Below are positions 51,041 through 63,956 of a DNA stretch of 64,000 bases, in pieces (position 1 is the first letter of the stretch; every line of letters begins with the position of its first letter). A model generated the notes under the pieces. The model searched no databases. It was not told the DNA's origin and saw only the letters and a program-made list of their open reading frames with translations. The position numbers and the translations under genes were made by a program. The DNA is taken from contig OZ336870.1 in the NCBI GenBank assembly GCA_965287045.1, positions 101,432,001 to 101,496,000 of the forward strand, written 5' to 3'. The DNA is from Carcharhinus amblyrhynchos. Taxonomy: Eukaryota.

Positions 51041-52319
51041 AGATTTTTTTTTAATAGCAGTTGATAGTTTCATAGTCGCCATTACTGAGACTAGCTTTAG
51101 ATTCCAGATTTAATATCTGAATTCAAATTCCACGAGATGCATTGGTGTGACTGGAACCCAGGACCCCAGAACATTAATCTAGGTCTCTAGATTACTAGTC
51201 CAGTGACATTTCCACATTACCACCATGTCACCTATGTAGGCAATAAGTGACGCATGTACAATGTATATGGTGCTTGATTACTAAATCTGTTGTACAAGCA
51301 AACTGGCTTTACTAATTGATTATCGGGAAAATTTAGGTTTTAATCCTTGCTGAAATGGCAAATGTCAGAAAATTAAGGGCACTGCAGTAGACTTGCATGG
51401 ACAGAGGAGGATAAAAGCCACTAGTATTCCATTTGCTTGCTAGCAGAGATTTGCGCTGAAAAATTACACAATGATATCAGGTTAGGACAGGACTGTTCTC
51501 TTTTTGCATCCCTTCCTCTCATTTTGTTAGATTAAATTAGAATGTAGAGCTTCTGCAAATGATGGTCGAATAATTCAGTTTTTCACAGAAAAAGAGCCAT
51601 CACAGTTTGAAAAATCTGTAAGGCCTTTATGTGCCACATTTCTCACGAACTGAATAGCGACCAGTTCTTGGGCTATATTCTTTAAACAGTTGCTGCTACA
51701 TTCTAAAATAGTATAAGAGGATCTTCCAATAAATGTCAGGTTCTTAAATTCGGTAGGAAACTAAGCTGAATACATGAAGTACAGGGGATCACCTAGAAAG
51801 AAAACAAGAAGCAAATCTATGAGAATAGATTATAAATGGAACACAAAAATCTGTTATAAATAGTAGAAGGGTGGTACCAGTTAACCAGAAACGAGGTTAC
51901 GTTGTGGAACCACAGAGCATGGCAGAGGTATGAGTACTTTGTATCAGTCTTTACTGAAGACCAGAATGTTGCACATTTGCATTAAAGGAGAGGATGGTGG
52001 AGGAATGGGTATGATGAAAATAGATAAAAATGTCTGCAAGGTTCAAGGTAAGGAAGTCATTCAGTCTGGTATTGTCCATCTTAAAGTGCTGAGGGAAGTA
52101 ATGATGGAAATTGCGGAGGCTCTGGCCAGAGTCTTCTACTTTAGGGAGTGGTGCCAGAGAACTGGCAATTGCAAATAATAAATTTCCATGTAAAAATGGG
52201 GAGGGGCATAAACCCAGCAATTGCAAGCCAGGCAGCCTTCTGTCAGTGGTGGTGAAATTAATCTGGATCAAAGGGAATTGACATTTGGAATAATGTGAAT
52301 TAATCGATGAAAGCTATCT

Positions 52320-52695
52320 GGGGAGATGGTGGTAATATTATTGGATTGATAATCCAGCAGTCCAGGCTAATACTCTTGAGGAAACGGGTTCATATTGCAG
52401 CTACTGGAATTTAAATTCAATTAATTACAAAGTACAATGAATTTTTTAGAAAATCTGGAATGGAAAGTTAGTCTCAGTAATGTGGAAAATCCACAGAAAA
52501 ATGCATGTGGCTCATTAATGTCCTTTGAGAGAAGGAAGTCTGCCATCTTTGCCTGGCCTACATGTGACTCCAGACCCTAACAGTGTGGTTGATTCTTAAT
52601 TGCCCTCTGAAGCGGCCTACCAAGATACTCAGCAATTGAGGATGGGAAGCAAATGCCTGTTTGAGAGAAGTGCCCAAATCTGATTAATTAAAAGA
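52320..52695 (+). mobile_element. tRNA-headed SINE, sense copy
   Basis: TAATCCAG..CCAGGCTAAT..GGGTTCA head; TAATGTCCTTTG..GGCCTACATGTGACTCCAGACCC core. Confidence 0.8.
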
Positions 52696-53356
52696 AAGCA
52701 AAATGTGACAAAGCCAATTGGGTTCATCGAGTGGGTTGACATATATATTGAATTTTAAAAGTAATTTGTCAACAAGCTACATAGTAGACTTGTTTAAAGC
52801 CCGTGGGATTAAAGGAACAGTATACGTGTAAATACATAATTATCTAAGGGGCAGAAAGAGAAGAGCATAGTGAACAGTTTTTTTCAAACTGGAGAAAAAT
52901 ATGAAGTAGTATTTGTATTGGTACCAAAGCTGTGTTCCAATTGTATATTAAAACTTTAAATTTGGGCACACGGTGAGTTTTTTTTTCTGTACCTGGTGAA
53001 CTAATGAGGATAAGAACAGACAGTATAGGTTGGTGAATTGGTTGATACATCAAGTTACGGTGACATCAGGGAATGGTGAAATGATTCATTTAAGTAGGAG
53101 GAGTGAGGACATGCAGTAAACTAAATTTTAAAGGGGATATTAAAGAAGACCTGAGGATTTATTACAGAAGTCTTTGAAGGTGACAAAATAAGTGGAGAAA
53201 ACCAGAAAAAAAGGTCAGTGTGCCTCTTGGCTTTAAAATTAAGATGTACAGAGTACAGAAGCAAGAAATTATGCTAAATGTAAACAAAAATACATGTTAG
53301 GCTCCTGCTGGAGCATTGTATATGGGCTCCATACTTTTGGAAAATTACTATGAAGA

Positions 53357-53636
53357 TACAGATAAGTGTCTCAAAACTGTCAACCTCGTGCCAAAGTCAA
53401 CACTGGGTTTCAAATATTGTTGATTTTCAAGTCTGGCAGGCAAGCTGGGTTAGGTGGGGACAGTTGGAACATGGGAAAAGACGAACACGAAAAGCTGATA
53501 ACTAATTGACTGGCCAACATGGCAATTTAGCATCTAGTCGAGTTAACCAATACGTTATTTTACTTATCTGATAAAATTCATGCAAGACAGCTTTATTAAA
53601 GAACAGTTTTCAGGTAGCCGGATTTGAGACACTGTA
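53357..53636. mobile_element. MITE-like element with terminal inverted repeats
   Basis: AGTGTCTCAAA (53365-53375) and TTTGAGACACT (53623-53633) form a perfect 11-bp inverted pair; TA dinucleotides near both ends; interrupts the CR1. Confidence 0.55.
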
Positions 53637-55639
53637 GCAGGCACATGGGACTTCAGTTATACAAAGGAACAGAAAACTCAGGATTGGATAGCATAGAAAG
53701 TCAGTGGGAAATTTATTAGCGATGTTCAAAATCATGATTGGTTTTGACAGAATTAATAAGGGGAAACTGTTTCAGTTGCTGAAAGGTAGGCGACCAGAGG
53801 AACAGATTTAAGACAAATAACAATAGATCTAGAGGCAGCATGATAAACACAAAATTGCAGCAGCTTCTAAGAGTCTGCAATGCACTGCCTTAAAATTTTG
53901 TGGAAATAGATTAAATAATTTTCAAAAGAGAACTTGATAAATATCTTAAAAGGAAAAATATTATATGCGAAGAGGAAACTAGTTATTTGGATAGCTCTAT
54001 CTCTGAGCTAGCAGAGTCATGTCATGCTAAATAGCCTCCTGTGCTGTAACGTTCTGTGATCTAGTTTAATAATTGGATTTTATAAATGTATACCAATCAG
54101 ACCTGATTCCTTTTTCATGTGTAAATTTTCTTTTACTTTGGTGTCTGATCACAGTCATTTTGAGGATCTGTTAAGTCTTTATCCTTTTTTCTAAATATAA
54201 CCAAATTGCATCATTTCTACGGTAAGCTATAAAGAATTACTCCAAAATAGTTCACTGCGACAGTTTTCTGAAGTATTTATGCAAACAACTGACAGTATAA
54301 AGTCTGATTGTTTGATCAAGAAAACTCATTTAGCATGAGGTTGAGTAGTAAAACGAACAACGTTTGGCATTCACCTCTGTTCCTGACATTCTTCTCTTCT
54401 CCCCATTCTCTTTCTTACTCCTCCCTCAACACCACTCCCCCAACCCTCAAACCCTGTATTGTTTCATTGCTTTCAGCAGCGTGGTGGCAAGGGAATTGCT
54501 GAGAAGATGCATCCCTGATTAGGAGACAGCCACTATGCGGTAAGATTTAAAGATAGATATGTTTTGGATGCAATTTCATATTGATTTGGAACAGGAGAAA
54601 TTTTTGCATGCATGCAAAAGGTTAAATTCATTCTGGAATGTTATTCTAATCAAGTAGAGGCAGTTGGCACTTTATTGCAGCAGCTCTGGCATGTACATTT
54701 GGATCAAAATGTTCTTAGTACTATTGTAATTTTTTTGTGCTAGTAAATTAAGAGTAGCGCTAGCTTAGTGAACAAAGTTCTTCTATAAATAAGAATTAAA
54801 AATTTAATAGAATTTTGGAAACCTAGGTCATGTCAGTGTCATTAAGGGAAAGCAGCTTCATGTTTTAGATTCAAACATTTTTGTCAATCAGATAAATGAC
54901 TGTCTTAGTAGGAGCAAACTAAACAAACACAGAAGGTAATGGGGTGGGGAGAAGCGAGAACACTGAAACCTACCAGAGAAGTTAATGTGCCTAAAATTTG
55001 GAAAGCGATGATAATCTACAAAGCTCATTTCAGCGAGATAGTAAAAAGGCATTAATAGAACAAAGAAACTGGCAAATAGCTATGGACTGATGTTTTCAAA
55101 GTTGGTGATGTAGAGGGAGAGAGAAAAATATGCAGAGGGTGGTGGGATCATATGCTAGACAATGGCCTGATGATTGCAGAGGCCCATGGGATGAAAACTG
55201 AGCTCAAAGTAGCCTGTTATAATAGTAAGAAAACAAAAAAAAAATGGGGGAAATGGAAATGATGTGGGCCCATGCCCACCAGAAACATCACTGAGGAAAT
55301 TGGAGAGATCAGAAAAGGTCTGGCTAAAAAAAATTGGGGGGAAAAGAAACCAAATTTTTATGGAAAACAAAATGGGAAGTCTGAAGCCTAATCCAGGTGA
55401 CTATAGATTTTGTAGTGGATACCTGCAGAAAACCTAATGCCAGAGCTAGAGAGAACAAAAGAAAAAACTTGTGACAAACTGGTTCAAATTGAAGGATGGA
55501 AGTAAAACACAAGGTGATGGAAATTGAAACCTTTGTGTGAAGATCTTTGTCTTGTGCCCATGAGACCTTTGTCAAATCTGTCCTGTACTCCCACGTATCC
55601 CTGATCTATTTTGCTTCACCTCTTGAACAATATAAAATC

Positions 55640-55780
55640 TATCACGTTTCTTCATCTTTCTAGCTCAAAGTATTAGCTCTGTTCTCTCTCCACAGATTCA
55701 GCCAGACTTGCTGAGTTTTCTAGCATTTTCTATTTTTATTTCTGATTTCCAGGATCTGCAGTATTTTGCTTTTATTATTG
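55640..55780 (+). mobile_element. Penelope-like terminal fragment
   Basis: CTCTCTCCACAGATTCAGCCAGACTTGCTGAGTTTTCTAGCATTTTCT..GATTTCCAGGATCTGCAGTATTTTGCTTTT. Confidence 0.7.
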
Positions 55781-56499
55781 TGAAGGTGAAGGATATTTGA
55801 AAATTGGAAGTGAAAGATATTAAATGGTATAGATGAGAAGCAACCATAACAGGATGATCTGTGTAATAGAGAGAGAGGTCAGAGTGGAGGCCTAAGTCGA
55901 ATTAGGAACAATGAACTGTTTAGCAATGGAATGAAGTGTTGGGAACATGACTAAAATTCTAAGTGTTCTAAATATGCTACAAAAGACAGGCATAATTAGG
56001 ACTGAAACAGGTTACTCTAACACCTTTCATCAAGGTGGAATGTGGATTTTAAAAGTTTTTTGTGATGAGAACAAATTCTACCAAGTAGAGTTTTGGTGAC
56101 TTAGGACCTGTTTGGCTATTTGAAGATGTTGCAGAGGATTTGAATTTCTAAGGGACCAAGGTGTGATGACTATAAGTCCACAGTAAAAACATATTATTTG
56201 GAGGGGAAAGAACGATAAATTGTCACGGATAGGTATCTGATGATGGGTAGATGGAGGTAGGAGGAAATAAAGTGAAGGACAGCAGTTTAGCAGAAAAAGG
56301 TAAATGTATCTGCTATTTATATACTTGAAAGGGAGATGCTGTGTGGGATGGGAAATACAAGATGGGAAAAGGAAAGAGATTTCTAGAAGAAGAACTTCCC
56401 TGTAATAGATGTTGGGCTAACTGGACTATAGTTTCCTGCTTTGTCTTCCTTTGTAAATAAAGGAATTACATTTGTTGAGAAATGATGACAGGTTTGATG

Positions 56500-58350
56500 G
56501 TCAGTGACATACGAGCATATGACTTAGGAGTAGGCCTCTCAGCCCCTCTAGCCTGTTCCGTGTTAGTCAAATCAGCCATGATCTTGTTGCACTAAAAACC
56601 TACATTCCTGCATACCCCAATAACCTTTCACCGCCTTGTCAAATCAAGAGCCTATCTAGCTCAGCCATAAAAAAAAATCAAGACTCTGGCTCTACTGCCT
56701 TTTGACGAAGTGTTCCAGCGACTCTCAGCACCAAGAAAATTTATCCTCATCTCTGCCTTAAGTGAGCCACCAATTATTTTAAACAGTGACCCCTAGTTCT
56801 AGGTTGTCTGACAAATGGAAACATCCTCTTTGCATCCACCCTTTCAAAATCCCTCAGGATCTTTAATGTTTTAACTAAATTGCTTCTTATTCTTCTAAAC
56901 TCTAGTGAATACAAACCTAACCTCTCCTACCTTTTGCCATAAAACAAACCCCCTGCCCATTCCAGGTATTAGTCTAGCAAGCGTTCTCTGAACTGCTTCC
57001 AACTCATTTACATCTTAGGTAAGGAGACCAATACTGTAACACAATACTCCAGATGTGATCTCTTCAACAGAAGCCTACCTCCCTATTCTTGTAATCAATA
57101 TTCTTGAATAAATAATAACATTCTATTAGTTTTCATAGTTACTTGCTGCGCCTGCATTTAGCTTTCTGTGCTTTATGCACCAGGACACCCTGATCCCTCT
57201 GCATCTGAGTTCTGCAATCTCTCACCATCTAGTTAGTAAGTAGACAATTTCACATTTTCTCACACTATACTCCATTTGCCAGATTTTTGTCCACTCACTT
57301 AACCTATTTATGCCCTTTTGTAGCCTCCTTAATTCCTCTTCATAATTCTCTTTTCTACCTATCTTTGTGTCATCAACAAATTTAGCAACCACACCTTCAG
57401 TCCTGGCATCTAAGTCATCATTTTAAATTGTAAAAGGTTGAGATTGAATGACACTCTCAAAACCATGTTGACTCTGCCTGATTGCCTTGGATTTTTCCAA
57501 GTGCCTTGTTATAACATCGTTAATAATGTCTTCTAACATTTTCCCTGTGACAAATGTTAGGCTAACTGGACTGTAGTTTTCTCCTCTCGGTCTCCTTCCC
57601 TTTTTAATAAAGGAATTACACTTGCAACCTTTCAATCTAATGGAACCATCCCCAAATCTAGGGAATTTTGGAAAATTAAACCAATGCATCAACTATCTCA
57701 TCAGCCACTTCTTTCAATTCCAACCAGCCCAGGGGATTTGCCAGCCTGCAGATCCAACAATTTGCTCAATACCATTTCCCTACTATTTTCCAGAGTTCCT
57801 CCCTTCCATTTCCCAATTTACAGCTATGTTTGGGGTGTTACTTGTGACCGCAAAATGCCTGTTTAATTCATCCACCATAGTTACTTCTACAATCAATTTC
57901 CTAGGTGCACTTTTTATAGGAACGATGCTCGTTTTGTTACCCTTGCTAATTTAAATATTTTAGAAACTCTTACTGTCTGTCTCCGTTACTGGTTAGCTTT
58001 ATGTCATACTCTATTTTATCCCTCCCTATCAGTCTTTGTCATTCTTTGATCTTTGTATTCTCTCCAATCTTCTGCTACTTGTCTGTGCAAATATACTCTT
58101 TTTCTTTAGTTTAACACTGTCTTTAACTCTTAGTTAGCCACAAATGATGGACCTTCCCCTTGGAATTCTTTTCTCGTTGGAAAATATTCTTTTAAATTTC
58201 TGCCACTGAATCTGTCGATTTATCCCTGAAGCATAATTAAACAGTTCACTTTAGCTAGCTCTGTTTCCAAGTTTTCATAATTCCCCTGTTTAAATTTAAA
58301 ATACTAGTGTTGTCTCCCTCAATCAGAATGTAAAATGTAGGGGTGCCTTC
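56500..58350 (-). mobile_element. Long degenerate CR1 LINE
   Basis: ORF 57423..57692 ENYSPVSLTFVTGKMLEDII..HLEKSKAIRQSQHGF; GTGTCATCAACAAATT (antisense FVDDT); antisense tail at ~56510. Confidence 0.85.
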
Positions 58351-59914
58351 AATGAGGTTATCATTATTTATGATCCTAAGGGCATAATTTGAAGTTATTA
58401 TACAGTTGGTGAGTCCTTTATTCACAAACTGTGACCTTTGTCAGCAACAAATTGGGATTGAGACACCAGAGAACTCCAATCCAGAGACGAGACAGATTAC
58501 ACAAAGGATTAGGAAAGTGGAAAGGTCAAAATGACTAATATTACATTGACAGTTCTCATATGGAAAGGTTGAGAAAGCAAAAGTTTAGGGGAGAGGACCA
58601 GCGAAGGCAATATGTGACAAAGGCTCTCAGTGCAATAAAAGAAGCCTGATCAAACATGAAAACTATTGGCCAATGGTTGTGGAAATAAGTTTTTCATTTT
58701 CAGGTTGGAATTTGTTGATGTAGACTTGGAAGAAACACCTAAGGCCCTGGCTGAGGAAAGTTGGTTTAGTGGCACCCACATTCCTGGACAGGATGAGGCT
58801 AGAAAAGAGAAATCACCTTGCATCAGAATTGCTTGAGGATGCTGTTCTTGATACCCGAAAAGAGGGAAAAGTTTTATTTTGTTTTTGGAAGATGGATAAC
58901 GAGGCTCATTACTAAGCTGATGAAGTTCGAGCAACATAATGGAAATGCCTGTGATGGATTATATAAAGCAGTTTGTTTCTCACTCAGATATCTGCCACTG
59001 TACGTGGATCCAGAGTGGATGGGTGAAAGGTAGAATAAGTATTCTTGGGAAGTTGATGCTGAAAGGACTGAAAATCAGTTCTCTGTAAATGCATTGACCT
59101 GGAATTTCATTCTCATTTTTGCCCAGATGTATCTGTAATCTAGGTACAAATAACCTGCACACCATCAAACTCTGATCATAAAGAAGACAGCATTCTGGAT
59201 TTAGATGTGTTGTGTGTGTAACTGAAACACATCTAATTCTCATGTTTGGTATCTGTTCATTAAATCCTCCACCCAAATGAATCTGTCCACAAAAATAACT
59301 TCACTCAACTCCTAAATATGTTTATCTTCCAATGGCACAAGTTTTCTCAACTTTGTATCCAGAATTTTAGGTGCAGCAGGGAACCAGGCCACTTCCTTAA
59401 CTTTTGTGCTACTTTTTGGGCAGTTTTTAAAGCATTTACTAATCAGTCAAGACCTTTATCTTTTTACGACATGTCATTAAAAATTGGAAAGCTCCCCCGA
59501 TTTACAGGTTCTTAAACATGCCGTATCTGATGTGCAAGAATGATAGTTCTGTGAATTGAAAATAAAACTAGAAGACTTAAAGAAGAAGTTGAAGTGTCAT
59601 GTCCTTGGGCCTCAATTGTTCACACTTCTTTACACCATTTTAAGTTCCAGCATATTCTAATGAGAAAACTTGTGTAACTTGATATCAGCAAAATGGGCAC
59701 AAGATAAGTGCATTTCTGGATTTAATAACTTGATGGATAACATTGTGTCCCAGGAGGTAGCTCAAGGTCATAGTCACCAGAGGAGGACCATAACTTTAAA
59801 GGGTGACATTCATAGAGGAGCAATGGTAACAAATCAGTATAAAGAAAAATAATCAATCATTGAAAGCAATGTGTTGCACTCTGTGGTATTTGTGAAGGGA
59901 GAAATTAGTTTAAA

Positions 59915-60153
59915 AATGTGGTTTTCTCCAGATGCTCCAGTTTCCTCCCACAGTCCAAAAATGTGCATTTTAGGCAGATTGACCATGGTAAATTGCCCCT
60001 CAAGTGTCCCAGGATGTCAGTTGCAGGAATTAGCAGAGTAAATATGTGTGTTTGTGGGAATAGGGCCTGGGTGGAATTCTCTGGGGGAGAATTGGTGCAG
60101 ACAGGATGGGCCAAATGTCCGCCTTCTGCACTTTAGGGATTCTGTGATTCTAT
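59915..60153 (+). mobile_element. HE1/V-SINE 3' part
   Basis: TGCTCCAGTTTCCTCCCACAGTCCAAAAATGTG...GGGATTCTGTGATTCTATG tail. Confidence 0.85.
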
Positions 60154-60526
60154 GAAATGCATGTTGCTTCAATTTGTGTTTCATTGTACAACATTATATT
60201 TCAATTGCAAAAGATTAAAATAATTTTAATGAGAAGGATACTTGAGTAGCAAGTATTTAGAATGATAGTGATATTAGCAGAACGTAATAAAATTACATTT
60301 AATCTAGGTTTGTTACAATTCAAAGTTTTCTATCAATATACTGATTTAATTTTAATCTGTAAATCTTAAAACTGGTGGATTTAGTTTTCCACTCCATTGG
60401 AATGATTTCACTTGTATGATAATTAATACATTTTGATAATGCTGCTAACAGCAATTAATGAAATTTGGTAAATTTTGGCGGTGTTATGTGTTTTGTTTAG
60501 GGGGCAGGTATAATAACATAAATTTG

Positions 60527-60673
60527 CCTTGCTTTTTGGATCAAATAAAAGATTCATATGATTTTACTATATCTTCATAAGTTGCCTTTGGAGCAAGAAT
60601 GGTGTACTTTTGGCTGGGACAGTACTATTGCAATATGTTATGCCACTCTTATTGAAAATACTGCTGCTGTTAG
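60527..60673 (+). repeat. Left arm of ~147-bp inverted duplication
   Basis: Reverse complement of 61833-61980 with ~18 differences; matching ORF text PLEQEWCT in 60558..60740 and 61700..61924. Confidence 0.9.
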
Positions 60674-60704
60674 TTTATTTAATTTTAAAGTGATAGGTCA
60701 TAGC

Positions 60705-61350
60705 CTAGAGTCATTTTCAGCATGCAAGGAGGCCGTTTAGTCCATTGGGTTTATGTGGACTTTCTATGGAACAGTCCAGTCATTCTGATCTTCCCCTATT
60801 CTATAACGATGGCCTTGCACACTTATTTCCTTCAAGTATTCATCCAATTTCTTTTTGAAACCATTCATCGTTTTTGTTTTCACCACTCTCCGAGACAGAG
60901 TTCCACTTTTTCTCACTGTCCTCCTTGCATGTTTTGCTGAAAACCTTAAATCTCTGTCCCTAGTTCTTGTACTGTGAAATAATAAAAACAGTTTTCCTTT
61001 GCCCACATAATCTTGTACAATTATATCAAACTCCCCTTAATTATTTCCATCTTCTTCGACCTAAACTTGTAGCTAAAGTCCCCCACCCTCATAACTATTT
61101 TAATAGTTCTCTGCACCCCTCAAAGAACCTTGCGCCCTCTCGGACGCTCGCATCCTTCCTGGTGTGGTTTCGGAGCTGAATGCAATATGCTTTAGTTGTA
61201 GCCTGACCAGAGCTTTTAAGTTTCAACATAACTTCTCTACTTTTATACTTGTACCTCTATTTGTAAAGGTCAAGATCTGATATACTTTGCTAATCACTAT
61301 TGCAGTGTGTCTGCTGTCTTCAAAGATCTATGCACATGGACCTTTAAGTC
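60705..61350 (-). mobile_element. Old CR1 3' fragment
   Basis: ORF 60764..61006 KLFLLFHSTRTR..FKKKLDEYLKE. Confidence 0.75.
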
Positions 61351-61399
61351 TTAACAGCTGGTTTATATCCAATTTTTAAATACTAATTGCAAGTACCTA

Positions 61400-62225
61400 T
61401 CATGACATACAAGTATTGGAATTGGCAAGGGCATAGCCTGGTGGAATGAGCAGTCATGTGGCAGATGAAATTTAATGTAGAGAAATATGAAGTGATTCAT
61501 TTTGGTGGGAAGAGCATGGAGAGACAATATAAAATGAGTATAACTCCTAAAGAGGCTGCAGAAATGTGCACAAATCATTGAAGTGGCAGGGCAGGTTGCA
61601 AAAGTAACAGGCAGACGCGATCCTAGGTTTTACAAATAGAAGCAAAGAGTACAATAGTAAGGAAGTTATGATGAACCTTTCTAAAGTAGAGGTTCAGCTT
61701 CAACTTGAGTGTAATGTCTTCAGGATAGATGTGAGGGCCTTAGTGAAGGAACAGAAAAGATTTAGGAGAATGCTTCTAAGGATGAAGGACTCCAGATCTG
61801 TGGATAAATTGGAAAAAGGGGGGCTTATATTGCTAACAGCAATGGTATTTTCAGTAAGGATGGCATAACGTATTCCAGTGGTACTTTCCCAGCCGCAAGT
61901 ACACCATTCTTGCTCCAAAGGCAACTAATGAAGATGTACTAAAATCATATGAATCATTTTACTTGATCCAAAAAGCAAGGAGAAGAGGTGATTGAGAGGA
62001 GATATGATGAAGGGTCAAAATACAGTAGAATGTACTGTCTTTGAGTGTGGTGGCAGCAGGTTCATTCAAGCCATTAAAAATGGAATTAGACATACTTGAA
62101 AAGGAAGTACGTGCAGGGTTACAGGGAGAAGATGGGAAATGCTGCAAGGGGATTTGCTAATTTGAAGACCTGGTGCAAGCACAATGGTCCATATGGTCTC
62201 CTGCACTGTAAGAATTCTGAGATTC
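61400..62225 (+). mobile_element. Old CR1 3' fragment
   Basis: TGGCAGATGAAATTTAATGTAGAGAAAT (WQMKFNVEK); GAATTCTGAGATTC tail. Confidence 0.8.
61833..61980 (-). repeat. Right arm of ~147-bp inverted duplication, inserted in a CR1 fossil
   Basis: Flanks GATAAATTGGAAAAAGGGGGGCTTAT and GAGAAGAGGTGATTGAGAGGAGAT rejoin as the CR1 D(R)LEKLGLFSLEKRRLRGD region. Confidence 0.85.
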
Positions 62226-63596
62226 CTCTGTCCTCTGCACCCTTTAGAACTCTGCCATTAAGTCTATATGGCCTTTCCCTATCCCTTCTACCAAAATTCA
62301 TCATTTCACATCTCTGTATTAAATTTCATCTGACACTTGTCTTTCCATGCTGCTAAATATGTTACGTTGCAGTCAGTTAGTATCACTCTTTCAAGTTTGG
62401 GATCATCAGCAAATTTTGACCCTTGGAGAATGCCACTGCCTACTATCCTCCAGTTTAAAATAAAATCATTTACTGCAACTCTTTATTTTTAAATCCCATT
62501 CCACAGACGTGTTGGTTAGGTGAATTAACCATGGTAAAAGAGCAGGGCTATGGGGATAGGGTAAGAGTTGGGCCTGAGTGAGATGCCCTTTCAGAGTCGG
62601 TGCAGCCTTGAAGGGCTGAATAGTCTCCCCTGCACTGTAGAGATTCTATGAAGTTGACGGTGACTATTATTCCATGAGCCACAAATTTGTTAACCAGCCT
62701 TTAATGTGATACTTTGTCAAATTCTTGTTTAAAATCCACATATACACCATCTATGGCATTCCCTTCATCAACTTCTTTGCTACTTCATCACGAAATCCAA
62801 TTAGATTGATCAAACACAATCTGTCTTTTACGAATTCCTGCTGTCTGTGTTTAATTAACCAGACCCTTCAAATGCCTATTGATTTCCCCTACCGCCAATC
62901 ATAGTTTCTAAACCCTAGCCACTATTGATATTTAACTGGCCTGTATTTGCTCAGACTTTCCTTGCACACTTTGAATAAGGGTGTTATGTCTGGCGCTGTA
63001 ACCTTCTGGGACCTCCTCTGTATTTAGGGAAGATCAAAAGATTATGGCAAGTCCTTTCACTACATCCACCACCATTTCCTTTAGATTCCAAAATGGGGCC
63101 AGTTTGTTAGATATATTCAAGAGGGAGTTGGACGTGGCCCCTGTCGCTAAAGGGATCAAGGAGTATAAAGAGAAAGCAGGAGTGGGATAGTGAGTGCGTG
63201 ATCAGCCATGGCCATTTTGAATGATGGTACAGGCTCGAAGGGCCAAATTACCTACTCCTGTACGTATCGTCTGTGTGTCAATTAGGTGGATTGGCCATGG
63301 ACAATTTGCAGGATTAGAGTGGGTCTAGGTAGAGTTCTCGGAGACTTGGTGCAGATTCGATGTGCCCAGTGGCAGTCTCCTGCATTGTAGGGATTCTGTG
63401 GATCCTGTGATGCAAGTTATTCAGACCAAGCACCTTATCCACTCTAAGCAGAGCTAGCTTTTCAAGTATCTTCTACCTCGTATTTCATCCATTCTTCACC
63501 TTTTGCAAATATTTTGTCAGCTTCCTCTTCCTTACTAAACACTAATGCAAAGTTATTTTTAATGATTCAAGCCTTGCCCTGTGCCTCCAAGTATAT
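62225..63596 (-). mobile_element. Old CR1 fragments with nested HE1 tails (~62495-62650, ~63278-63410) and a + strand CR1 tail (~63100-63275)
   Basis: ATCATCAGCAAATTT (antisense KFADD); ACTTTGTCAAA (antisense FDKV); TGCACTGTAGAGATTCTATG HE1 tail. Confidence 0.7.
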
Positions 63597-63956
63597 GATG
63601 TGGAGATGCCGGCGTTGGACTGGGGTAAACACAGTAAGAAGTCTCATAACACCAGGTTAAAGTCCAACCAATTTATTTGAAAGTAAACTCAAGCTTTTGG
63701 GGTTTGCCCCTTTGTCAGGCAAATGGAGAGTTCTGGCCTCAGACAGCATATAACAACACAAACAGTTTACTGATTAGAATGTGAGCCTTTGCAACTAACC
63801 TGCTATTCAAGTCTTAAAGATGCAGATAATGTGAGTGAAAAGAGTATTAGGCGTAGGTTAAAAAGATGTGTGTTGTCTCCAGACAGTGCTGTAAGTGAGG
63901 TTTTGCAAACCCAGGCAAGTCATTGGGGTTACAGAGTGCGACATGAACCCAAGATT
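63597..63956 (-). mobile_element. Penelope-like element fragment with 9-bp target-site duplication
   Basis: GATGTGGAGATGCCGGCGTTGGACTGGGGTAAACACAGTAAGAAGTCTC terminus; CAAGTATAT at 63588-63596 and 63957-63965; hammerhead relic at 63688-63720. Confidence 0.75.

Larger units (their letters stand above)
49893..51232 (-). mobile_element. tRNA-headed SINE interrupted twice (CR1 at 50011-50389, RTE at 50485-51040)
   Basis: Segments 49893-50010, 50390-50484 and 51040-51232 rejoin into the family seen at 29665-30065. Confidence 0.8.
51760..54062 (+). mobile_element. Old CR1 LINE with nested SINE and MITE
   Basis: ORF 51930..52178 GIVHLKVLREVMMEIAEALA; GTTCTGTGATC tail at ~54055. Confidence 0.75.
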
